Source: an uncultured Thermoleophilia bacterium
Lineage (GTDB): Bacteria > Actinomycetota > Thermoleophilia > UBA2241
DNA: 64,000 nucleotides
Reading direction: 5' to 3'
Assembly (NCBI GenBank): GCA_963762125.1
Contig: CAVXJO010000012.1
Span: 26,392 to 90,391, forward strand
Shown: one piece after another, positions 56,785 to 64,000 of the stretch
Position numbering within the stretch: position 1 is the first letter of the stretch
How the letters are laid out: each line of letters begins with the position of its first letter
The notes under the pieces: generated by a model
What the model was told of the DNA's origin: nothing
Seen by the model: only the letters and a program-made list of their open reading frames with translations
Database searches by the model: none
Program-made: the position numbers and the translations under genes

Positions 56785-57483
56785 TCAGCCCCGGGTGAAG
56801 CGAGCGCGGAAGCGCGCGGCGGCCCGCGGGGCCAACGGGCGCCCGTGCGAGAACAGCGCCGTCTCGAACGACAGCTCCGCCAGACGGCGCAGGCTCGTCA
56901 TCCCCTCGTCCACGTCCTCGTAGATGGGACCGAAACCGAGGCGCAGGAAGTTCGTGGCGGCGTCGCCGGTGAAGAGCACGCCGCCGTCCCGGGGCAGCAG
57001 CAGCGCCAGGTGCCCGGCCGTGTGGCCCGGGGTGTGGACGGCGGTCGCGCCGAACGGCAGGAGGTCGCCGTCCGCGACGTCGTGCTCGACTGCGATGGGG
57101 TCGCCGCTGCCCGTAGCGGTCCTGCCGCCCAGCACGCGGACGAGCAGCGACCGCAGCAGGCCCGGTCCAGGCTCGAGCGGCCGGCCGCGCACACCCTCGC
57201 GCAGGGCCGCGGCGTCCTCGGCCTGCATCCAGACCTCCGCGCCCGTGTGCGTCTTCACGGCGGCGAGACCGCCGACATGGTCGCCGTGCAGGTGCGTGAC
57301 GACGACGCCGCGAAGCTCCTGCGGTGCGCGCCCCAGAGTCCTCAGCCCTGCGCCGATGCGCTCCGCCCCCGCCTCGATACCCGCGTCGATGAGCCACAGT
57401 CCGCCGTCGTCATCCTCGACGAAGAACACGTTCACGGCCCCGAGCCCCAGCTGGTACACGCCCGTCGCGACCTGCCTCGGCAT
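56785..57483 (-). CDS. MBL-fold metallo-hydrolase
   Basis: THLHGDHVGG (HxHxDH motif); ...HTPGHTAGH. Confidence 0.8.
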   Translation of the reverse strand: MPRQVATGVYQLGLGAVNVFFVEDDDGGLWLIDAGIEAGAERIGAGLRTLGRAPQELRGVVVTHLHGDHVGGLAAVKTHTGAEVWMQAEDAAALREGVRGRPLEPGPGLLRSLLVRVLGGRTATGSGDPIAVEHDVADGDLLPFGATAVHTPGHTAGHLALLLPRDGGVLFTGDAATNFLRLGFGPIYEDVDEGMTSLRRLAELSFETALFSHGRPLAPRAAARFRARFTRG

Positions 57484-57662
57484 CGCCCTTCTCATTGCCG
57501 ACTCCTTTCCCCGCTCACGGTGCCCGGTTCAAGTATGCCACCGGCTCTGCCGATTTGGTCGTACCAGTCCCGTCCCAACGGGCATGGAGGATGCTTCCAT
57601 CGGGCAGGGAACACCTTCACTACGCCCCAGAGGGCAGAAGGGCACTCGAGGAGGAAACCAAC

Positions 57663-58409
57663 ATGGACTATAGCTACAGCTACAACGGAGGAGGCGCGGC
57701 CGCCGTCTTCTTCGCCTTGATATGGATCGCGTTCGCAGTCGTCACGATCGTCGGCCTGTGGAAGACCCTCAGCAAGGCCGGGCTGCCCGGGTGGGCGGCG
57801 ATCATTCCCTTCTACAACGAATACAACGTCGTGAAGATGTCGAACCGCCCCACGTACTTCTTCTGGGCCATCCTGGGCTGCACGTTGTTCTCCTGGATCC
57901 CCTTGCTCGGGTTCCTTCTGATCATCGGTGCCTTCGTGCTCTGGGTCTTCATCGCCCTGGACATCGCCGCCAACTTCGGGCAGGGCACCGGTTTTGCGAT
58001 CCTGCTCATCATCTTCCCGTGGATCATGTTCCTGATCCTGGGCTTCGGGAGCGCGACGTACAACCGCATCGCAGCCCCCGGCTCCGCCGGCTTCGGAGCG
58101 CCGCCGATGCCGGCTGGCGGCGGCTACTCTGCAGCGGCTCCTGCCGCGGGTACCTTCGCCGCCCCGCCGGCGCCGCCGGCCCCGCCGAGCCCGCCGGCCA
58201 CTCCGGTCCAGCCTGCGACGCCGTCTGCGCCAGTCACGCAGCAGGCTTCGCCGTCGGCGCCGGTCACGCCCGCCGAGGCCGCACCCACGGCGGCGCCGGA
58301 GCAGGGCGCGCCGGAGCAGGGCGCGGTGCCCGACGCTCCCCAGGCGCCTGATGTGCCGCCGGCCGAGCCGCCGGCCACCTCGCCGCCGCCTCCCCCGCCG
58401 CTCGCCTGA
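57663..58409 (+). CDS. membrane protein with a Pro/Ala-rich C-terminal tail (architecture parallels the protein at 55425-56576)
   Basis: GAGGAGGAAACCA RBS; MDYSYSYNGGGAAAVFFALIWIAFAVVTIVGLW...IIPFYNEYNVVKM...; the tail is PPAPPAPPSPPATPVQPATPSAP...PPPPPPLA. Confidence 0.5.
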   Translation: MDYSYSYNGGGAAAVFFALIWIAFAVVTIVGLWKTLSKAGLPGWAAIIPFYNEYNVVKMSNRPTYFFWAILGCTLFSWIPLLGFLLIIGAFVLWVFIALDIAANFGQGTGFAILLIIFPWIMFLILGFGSATYNRIAAPGSAGFGAPPMPAGGGYSAAAPAAGTFAAPPAPPAPPSPPATPVQPATPSAPVTQQASPSAPVTPAEAAPTAAPEQGAPEQGAVPDAPQAPDVPPAEPPATSPPPPPPLA

Positions 58410-58433
58410 GGCGGGATCACAGAACGAGACCCG

Positions 58434-58469
58434 GACGGGCCGGGGCCGCATCCGCGGCCCCGGCCCGTC
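58434..58469 (+). terminator. 16-bp perfect-stem GC hairpin (gacgggccggggccgc-atcc-gcggccccggcccgtc)
   Basis: Seen directly in the sequence, immediately after the stop of the preceding gene. Confidence 0.5.
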
Positions 58470-58611
58470 CGTCGTATGTCGTGCCGCCGGCCCCACCCGC
58501 GTAGCGGCCATCACGGCAAGGCGTTTCCAGCCGTCCGACCTCGGGCAGGCACTTCCGTATCGGACTAAATGACTCCGGCTTCCGCTGGAGGCCGTTCACG
58601 GAAGGAACACC

Positions 58612-60882
58612 ATGCGACTCTCCACCACCGCGCTGGCGCGGGGCTCCGCGAGGCGGCCGTGGTTGACGCTGGCACTCTGGGCCGCCGCCCTCGGCGCCGC
58701 CGCCGCGATCATCGCGCTCGTGCTCCCCGGCACGTTGACGGCGCAGTACAGTTTCCTCGGCAACCCGGACTCGCAGCGCGGCCGCGACCTCCTGCAGCAA
58801 CGCCTGAACATGCCCCAGAAGGCCAACGAGATCGTGATCGTGCGCTCCGCGGCGACGAGCGCGTCCGCCCCGGCCTTCCGCGCTGAAGTGCTGGGGCTGC
58901 AGAAGCAGATCATGGCCCTGGGGCCGGGCGTCGTCGACGGCGCCTCGAGCGCCTACCAGGGCGGCGACAAGACGCTCATCTCCGCCGACGGCCACACGGC
59001 GATCATCCCGGTCGTCATGGCCGGCGATCTGACGCGGGCGGAGAACAACATCGACAAGGTCCACGCGATCGTGCACGCGGCCGACGGCAAGGGCGGGTTC
59101 GACACGCTCATCACAGGCACCGCGAGCATCAACAGCGACTTCAGTCAAACGGCGCAGACCGACCTGCGCAAGGGCGAGGGCATCGGGGTCCCGATCGCGC
59201 TGGTCATCCTGCTCATCGTGTTCGGCGCCGTGGTGGCGGCCGGCCTGCCGATCCTCCTGAGCCTCCTCGCCATCACCATGGCAGTCGGTCTCACGGCCTT
59301 GGTCGGCCAGACCTTCGACGTCTCGGTGTTCGCCATCAACATGGTGAGCATGATGGGCCTGGCGACGGGCATCGACTACTCGCTGTTCATCATCTCGCGT
59401 TTCCGCGAGGAGCGGGCGCGGGGGCGCGACAAACTCGACGCCATCGCCGTCACCGGCGGCACCGCCAGCCGCGCCGTGCTGTTCAGCGGCCTGACCGTGG
59501 TGCTGGCTCTGCTCGGCCTGCTCATCGTGCCGACCAACATCTTCGCCAGCCTCGCGATCGGCGCCATCCTCGTGGTCAGCATGTCGGTCTTGGCGGCGCT
59601 GACGCTGCTGCCCGCGGTCCTCAGCATCCTCGGCGACCGCGTCAACAGCCTCAAGCTGCCGTATCTGGGCCGGCGCATCATCGACAACAGAGCGGCCGGA
59701 CGCACCTCCTGGATCGCACGGGTCGCCTTCCGGGCCATGAAGCGGCCGGCGATCGCCCTCACCGCCGGGGTGGCCGTGCTGCTGCTGCTCGCCTACCCGG
59801 CGCTCGACATGAAGACCGGGGTCTCGGGCGTGAACACGTTCCCGAACGGCTTCGAGAGCAAGCAGGGCTTCGCCGTGCTCGAGAAGCAGTTCTCGGCCGG
59901 CGGGGTGAGCCCCGTGCAGATCGTCGTCGACGGCAAGGTGAACACGCCGGCCGTCCAGTCGGCCGTGGCCCGTCTCACGCAGGAACTCGCGACCGACCCG
60001 GCGTTCGGACCGGTCCAGACGCAGACGGCGAAGTCGGGTGACCTCGCGCTGCTCTCCGTGCCGGTGAACGGCGACTCTGTCGGGAGTCTCGCGCTGGACA
60101 AGGTGCGCGAACTGCGCGGCACGCTCATCCCGAGGGCCTTCAACGGTTCGGGATCGTCCGTGTACGTGACCGGCCAGACCGCGGGCAACCTCGACTACAT
60201 CAACATCGTGAACAGCTACTTCCCATGGGTCGTGGCGCTCGTCCTCAGCCTGAGCTTTGTGCTGCTCCTGGTGGCCTTCCGCTCGGTCGTCATCCCGCTC
60301 AAGGCGATCATCATGAACCTGCTCAGCGTGGGCGCGGCCTACGGCCTCATCACGCTGGTGTCCCTGAAGGGCTACGGCGCCGGGGTGCTCGGGTTCCAGC
60401 AGGTCCCGGTGGTGGAACAGTGGGTGCCGCTGCTGCTCTTCGCCGTGCTGTTCGGCCTCTCCATGGACTACCAGGTCTTCCTGCTCAGCCGCATCAAGGA
60501 GGCGTGGGACCGGACCGGGGACAACACCCTGGCCGTGACCGAGGGCGTCGGCGCCACCGCCGGCATCATCACCGGCGCCGCGCTGATCATGGTCGCCGTG
60601 TTCGCGGGCTTCGCCGCCGGCGACCTGGTGATGTTCCAGCAGATGGGCTTCGGGCTCGCGGTCGCCGTCCTGCTCGACGCGACGCTCATCCGCACGATCC
60701 TGGTGCCGGCGGCGATGAAGCTGCTCGGCCGCTGGAACTGGTACCTGCCGAGCTGGCTCGAGTGGCTGCCGCACCTGAGCATCGAGGGCGCGCCGCCGGA
60801 CGTGGCGCCGGCGCCGGCGGGGCCGGAAGCGCCAGGCGGCCCTGGTCTCGAGCCGGTCCCTGCGGACGAGCGCGCGGCCTGA
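58612..60882 (+). CDS. MMPL-family (RND superfamily) membrane transporter
   Basis: 756 aa with two 6-TM bundles and two large extracytoplasmic loops, the typical MmpL architecture. Confidence 0.85.
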   Translation: MRLSTTALARGSARRPWLTLALWAAALGAAAAIIALVLPGTLTAQYSFLGNPDSQRGRDLLQQRLNMPQKANEIVIVRSAATSASAPAFRAEVLGLQKQIMALGPGVVDGASSAYQGGDKTLISADGHTAIIPVVMAGDLTRAENNIDKVHAIVHAADGKGGFDTLITGTASINSDFSQTAQTDLRKGEGIGVPIALVILLIVFGAVVAAGLPILLSLLAITMAVGLTALVGQTFDVSVFAINMVSMMGLATGIDYSLFIISRFREERARGRDKLDAIAVTGGTASRAVLFSGLTVVLALLGLLIVPTNIFASLAIGAILVVSMSVLAALTLLPAVLSILGDRVNSLKLPYLGRRIIDNRAAGRTSWIARVAFRAMKRPAIALTAGVAVLLLLAYPALDMKTGVSGVNTFPNGFESKQGFAVLEKQFSAGGVSPVQIVVDGKVNTPAVQSAVARLTQELATDPAFGPVQTQTAKSGDLALLSVPVNGDSVGSLALDKVRELRGTLIPRAFNGSGSSVYVTGQTAGNLDYINIVNSYFPWVVALVLSLSFVLLLVAFRSVVIPLKAIIMNLLSVGAAYGLITLVSLKGYGAGVLGFQQVPVVEQWVPLLLFAVLFGLSMDYQVFLLSRIKEAWDRTGDNTLAVTEGVGATAGIITGAALIMVAVFAGFAAGDLVMFQQMGFGLAVAVLLDATLIRTILVPAAMKLLGRWNWYLPSWLEWLPHLSIEGAPPDVAPAPAGPEAPGGPGLEPVPADERAA

Positions 60883-60907
60883 CCGGCGCGAAAGCAGGCC
60901 CGTCCAC

Positions 60908-60952
60908 ATGGATGCAGCGGCGGGAGGCCGAAACCGCCTCCCGTCGCTGCAT
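60908..60952. terminator. 19-bp hairpin between convergent MMPL and MFS genes
   Basis: gatgcagcggcgggaggc-cgaaac-cgcctcccgtcgctgcatc. Confidence 0.45.
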
Positions 60953-60967
60953 CGAAGCGCCCGCGGC

Positions 60968-62449
60968 TCAGTGCGCCTGCGGCGCTCCCGCGGCCGCGGC
61001 GGTGTGCGCGCCCCGCGTGAGAGAGATGAGCGCGCCGATCAGCGCGAGCGCGGCGCCGGTGGCCATCGCGTAGCGATAGCCCTGCGCGTAGGCGTCCACG
61101 GCGCGCCCAGCTACCGCGCCTCCACCGTGCCCGTGCGTGAGCAGCAGACGGCCGCCAACGGCGCCCAGTTGGCTGGCCGCGATCCCTCCAAGCAGCGCGA
61201 CACTGAGCGCCTGCCCGGAGGTCCGCATCGTGCTCAGGAAGGCGCTGGCCTGGCTGAGCTGGTCGCGGCGCACGCTGCCCATGATGGCCGACGTGTTCGG
61301 TGCGCTGAACGCCGCCATTCCGAGCCCTACCACGCCGAGGCAGGCGGCGATGCGCCAGAGAGGCGCCGTCTCCGGGGTAAGCGCGAGCAGCACCATGCCG
61401 GCGGCTATGGCGACCATCCCGCCGCTGGTCAGGACGCGCGAGCCGATGCGGTCGCTCAGACGACCGCTGAACGGGCTGAGCACGGCCATCAGCAGCGGCA
61501 TACTCAGCAGCAGCCATCCGGTGAGCGACGCGGAACTGTCCTGGACGAGCTCGAGGTAGATGGCGGTGAGCAGGCCGATGCCGTACAGCGCCATGTAGTT
61601 GAGCAAGGCGGCCATGTTCGCTGCAGCGAACAGGCGGTTCTTGAGGACGAGGTCCAGGTCGAGGATCGGCGACTCGACACGCCGTTCCGTGACCACGAAA
61701 GCGACGAACGACGCCGCCGAGATGGCCAGCAGGCCGATGGTAGACGGTGAAGCCCAGCCCCACTCGGGCGAGAACGTCAGCGGAACGAGCAGGCAGACCA
61801 GGAACACCCCGAGCAGCACGGAACCGACCACGTCGAGTCGAAGGGCCCCTGCCACGCGGTCGCTGCGCGGAAGCATGAACCAACCCCATAGCAACACGAC
61901 GATCCCGATAGGCACGTTGATGAGGAAGATCCAGCGCCAGCCGACCGCGTCGACGATGAAGCCGCCGAGGGGTGGCCCGACGGTCAAGCCGATGTACACG
62001 GCCATGACGTTGATGCCAAGGGCCCGACCGCGTTCGGTCGGGGGGAAGACCGCCGTCACGATGGCGGCCGAGGTCGCCCCCATGAACGCCGCGCCGCCAC
62101 CCTGGATGATGCGGGAGACGATGAGCCAGGAGCCGTTCATGCTGACCGCACACAGCACCGAGGCGACGGTGAACACGGCGATGCCGAGCAGGTAGTAGCG
62201 CACCCGGCCGTGCTGGTCGGCGAGGCGACCGGCGGGGATGAGGAGGACCGCTGTGGTGAGCAGGAACGCCGCCGAGACCCACACCGCTGCGGTGAAGCTG
62301 AGGTGAAGCTCGGGGCCCATGACCGGAAGGGCGACGCTGACGATCGACCCGTCCAGCGGCCACATGAAGGCTCCCACCGACGTCAGCGCGAGCAGTTGCC
62401 AGCGGCGCCGGTGAAGGTCCTCCTCGGTGATGCGTTTGACCAGGCTCAC
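60968..62449 (-). CDS. MFS transporter (14-TM DHA2/EmrB-QacA-like)
   Basis: 493 aa; MFS signature motifs; 14 predicted TM helices. Confidence 0.85.
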   Translation of the reverse strand: MSLVKRITEEDLHRRRWQLLALTSVGAFMWPLDGSIVSVALPVMGPELHLSFTAAVWVSAAFLLTTAVLLIPAGRLADQHGRVRYYLLGIAVFTVASVLCAVSMNGSWLIVSRIIQGGGAAFMGATSAAIVTAVFPPTERGRALGINVMAVYIGLTVGPPLGGFIVDAVGWRWIFLINVPIGIVVLLWGWFMLPRSDRVAGALRLDVVGSVLLGVFLVCLLVPLTFSPEWGWASPSTIGLLAISAASFVAFVVTERRVESPILDLDLVLKNRLFAAANMAALLNYMALYGIGLLTAIYLELVQDSSASLTGWLLLSMPLLMAVLSPFSGRLSDRIGSRVLTSGGMVAIAAGMVLLALTPETAPLWRIAACLGVVGLGMAAFSAPNTSAIMGSVRRDQLSQASAFLSTMRTSGQALSVALLGGIAASQLGAVGGRLLLTHGHGGGAVAGRAVDAYAQGYRYAMATGAALALIGALISLTRGAHTAAAAGAPQAH

Positions 62450-63114
62450 GACACCCAGGTCACGATCTCGTCCAAGTCGGCGCGGGAGCGCTCGAAAGTG
62501 TTGGCGGGCGCCTCAGGGTCAGGCCAGCCAAGTGTGACGGCGGCGACCATCCGCTTCTCCTTGGAGCTCGGGAGGATGCTGCGCAGCAGCCCCGGATAAC
62601 GGACCAGTGTCGTGGAGATGCAGGTGCCGAGCCCCTTGTCGTGGGCGGCGAGGCACACGTTCTGTACGAGGGAGGCGGTGTCGTAGCTCGCGTACGCCGG
62701 CGCCAGGCAGTCCTCGAAGCCGAACACGAGAAGCACGGGCGCGCCGAAACAGTCGGCCATGCGCGCCATCGAGGCGGCCGGACCCGATGCCTCGCCGGCC
62801 GCCTCCAGCGTCTCGGCGCGCTTCTTCATGAGGGCCACCGCGCGCGCCGAGCACACCTGCGGCCAGTCGCCGGTCTGCGTCCCCGACAGGTCGGAGGCGT
62901 CATCCTCCTCGCGCTCGAGCGCCGCCTTGAACGCGGCCTTGAAGCGCTCGAGCGCCTCTCCCGTGACCACCCAGACGCTCCAGGCCTGGGTGTTGCGCGA
63001 TGAGGGCGCCCAGCGCGCCTCGTCGAGGATCTCGCGCACGAGTTCCGCGGGGACCGGCTCCATTGTGTAGGCACGGATGCTCCGGCGTCCGCGGATGACG
63101 TTCTCGAATTCCAT
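62446..63114 (-). CDS. nitroreductase-family oxidoreductase
   Basis: MEFENVIRGRRSIRAYTMEPVPAELVREILDEARWAPSSRNTQAW; 4-bp overlap with the MFS gene. Confidence 0.8.
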   Translation of the reverse strand: MEFENVIRGRRSIRAYTMEPVPAELVREILDEARWAPSSRNTQAWSVWVVTGEALERFKAAFKAALEREEDDASDLSGTQTGDWPQVCSARAVALMKKRAETLEAAGEASGPAASMARMADCFGAPVLLVFGFEDCLAPAYASYDTASLVQNVCLAAHDKGLGTCISTTLVRYPGLLRSILPSSKEKRMVAAVTLGWPDPEAPANTFERSRADLDEIVTWVS

Positions 63115-63179
63115 GAACTCTTCTCCTTCGTTCCAGCGGTCGGCCAAGCGTACTACGTGCGTCGCGCCAGTGCCCGGTC

Positions 63180-63225
63180 ACCTTGACACCTGAGCCGCCC
63201 TCAATCTATCTTTCATATAATGACT
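63180..63225. promoter_or_regulatory. AT-rich promoter island (TTGACA ... TATAAT elements) in a divergent intergenic region
   Basis: ccttgacacctgagccgccctcaatctatctttcatataatgactagacaaatg is markedly AT-rich against the ~70% GC background. Confidence 0.35.
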
Positions 63226-63447
63226 AGACAAATGTCGACAGGCCCGCGTGTCCCTCCACGGAGCGTGGTCCTCGCCCTCCACCCCGTGCACCCCCTCGAC
63301 ACCTCCTCCGGTGCATGACAAAGGCACGTCTCCGACATCGCGAACGGCGCGGAGCGGCGTCCCCCCTGACACAGCTGCCCGCGCCCTCACGCCTCGCCAC
63401 CCACCGTCCCCGGCGCTTCCGGCGCCGCCACAGGCAAGGAGGATCAG

Positions 63448-64000
63448 TTGACTGAGACCCTGACCAGCGCGCTCGTCGAGATGCGCGAGGAGGACGTCCT
63501 CAGCGCCGTCCGCGCCGCCAGAGAAGATGGCGCGACCTCGGCCGACATCATCGCCTCCCTGCAAGTGGGCATGAAGACCATCGGCGACAAGTACGAGAGC
63601 GGCGAGTTCTTCCTCTCCGAGCTCATCATGTCGGCCGAGATCTTCAAGAGCGCGCTCGCGGAGCTGGGGCTCGACCAGGCGGCGGCGGACACGGGCAGGC
63701 GCGGCGCCGTCGTGCTCGGAACCGTGCACACGGACATCCACGACATCGGCAAGAACATCGTCGCCAGTGTGCTCTCGGCCAACGGATTCACGGTCGTGGA
63801 CCTGGGCGTCGACGTGCCGGCGCAGCGGTTCGTCGACGCCGCCCGCGAGAGCGGCGCCAAAGTCGTCGGCCTCTCGTGCCTGCTCACGACCGCCTTCCCC
63901 GCCATGCAGGAGACCGTCGCGGCCTTCGCCGAAGCAGGCCTTCGCGATAAGGTGACCATCGTGATCGGCGGCGGCCCGGTGAACAAGGACCTGGCGCTGC
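63448..64000 (+). CDS. cobalamin-binding corrinoid protein (B12-binding_2 cap plus B12-binding Rossmann domain), 3' end cut by window edge
   Basis: AGGAGGA RBS plus TTG; LTETLTSALVEMREEDVLSAVRAAREDGATSADIIASLQVGMKTIGDKYESGEFFLSELIMSAEIFKSA...VVLGTVHTDIHDIGKNIVASVLSANGFTVVDLG carries the DxHxxG His-on motif. It is absent from the ORF track because it has no in-window stop. Confidence 0.7.
   Translation, partial: MTETLTSALVEMREEDVLSAVRAAREDGATSADIIASLQVGMKTIGDKYESGEFFLSELIMSAEIFKSALAELGLDQAAADTGRRGAVVLGTVHTDIHDIGKNIVASVLSANGFTVVDLGVDVPAQRFVDAARESGAKVVGLSCLLTTAFPAMQETVAAFAEAGLRDKVTIVIGGGPVNKDLAL

Noticed and set aside
58417-60909. 830-aa minus-strand ORF
   Set aside because: It is antisense to the MMPL transporter.
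1-64000. tRNA, rRNA, CRISPR or mobile-element scan
   Set aside because: There are no T-loop/anticodon-like structures, no rRNA-like conserved blocks, no regularly spaced direct repeats, and no transposase or integrase ORFs.

Overview
This 64 kb window is high-GC (~70%) bacterial chromosome, consistent with an Actinobacteria-like Gram-positive. It is gene-dense on both strands and has no rRNA, tRNA, CRISPR array, transposase, integrase or phage genes. About 55 coding genes are supported. Several are missing from the supplied ORF track because they run off the window edge or are split by frameshifts.

Main content, in order along the window:
- Cyanophycin synthetase and cyanophycinase (cphA, cphB) at the left edge, then a lipoprotein esterase and a secreted M28 peptidase.
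- A 1284-aa c-di-GMP protein with a MerR-type HTH fused to GAF domains, an HD-GYP domain and a GGDEF domain, next to a small Arg-rich membrane protein.
- A UvrD-like helicase, an acetolactate decarboxylase, and a TetR regulator with an ABC exporter.
- An ArsR-SRPBCC regulator, several Gly/Tyr- or Pro/Ala-rich membrane proteins, and OmpR-type and NarL-type two-component systems.
- An amino-acid permease fused to tandem USP domains.
- An mntP manganese exporter that is preceded by an unannotated yybP-ykoY (Mn2+) riboswitch with an intrinsic terminator.
- A tightly translationally coupled cluster of three paralogous B12-binding radical SAM enzymes, a GT-C-like polytopic membrane protein, two hypothetical proteins and a TM1586-type nitroreductase. 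I consider this the best candidate for an undescribed system.
- A ferric-reductase-like NOX protein with an FMN-binding protein and an ApbE flavin transferase. This sits near a secreted ~4-heme cytochrome and a membrane-anchored ~16-heme NapC/NirT-type cytochrome, a theme suggestive of flavin/heme extracellular electron transfer.
- A possible TIR-like small protein encoded next to a 4-TM protein.
- A ~1640-aa hybrid histidine kinase with a REC-GGDEF partner.
- F420-dependent NADP reductase and adenosine deaminase; an SDR-SDR-Rossmann operon; MMPL and MFS transporters with a nitroreductase; and a corrinoid (B12-binding) protein cut by the right edge.

At least nine +1-type frameshifts interrupt otherwise clearly homologous genes: cphA, the SRPBCC protein, the helicase, the ABC ATPase, and five in the hybrid kinase. 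This pattern suggests homopolymer sequencing or assembly errors, although authentic pseudogenisation cannot be excluded. All functional calls rest on motif and family recognition by eye. No database search was run.
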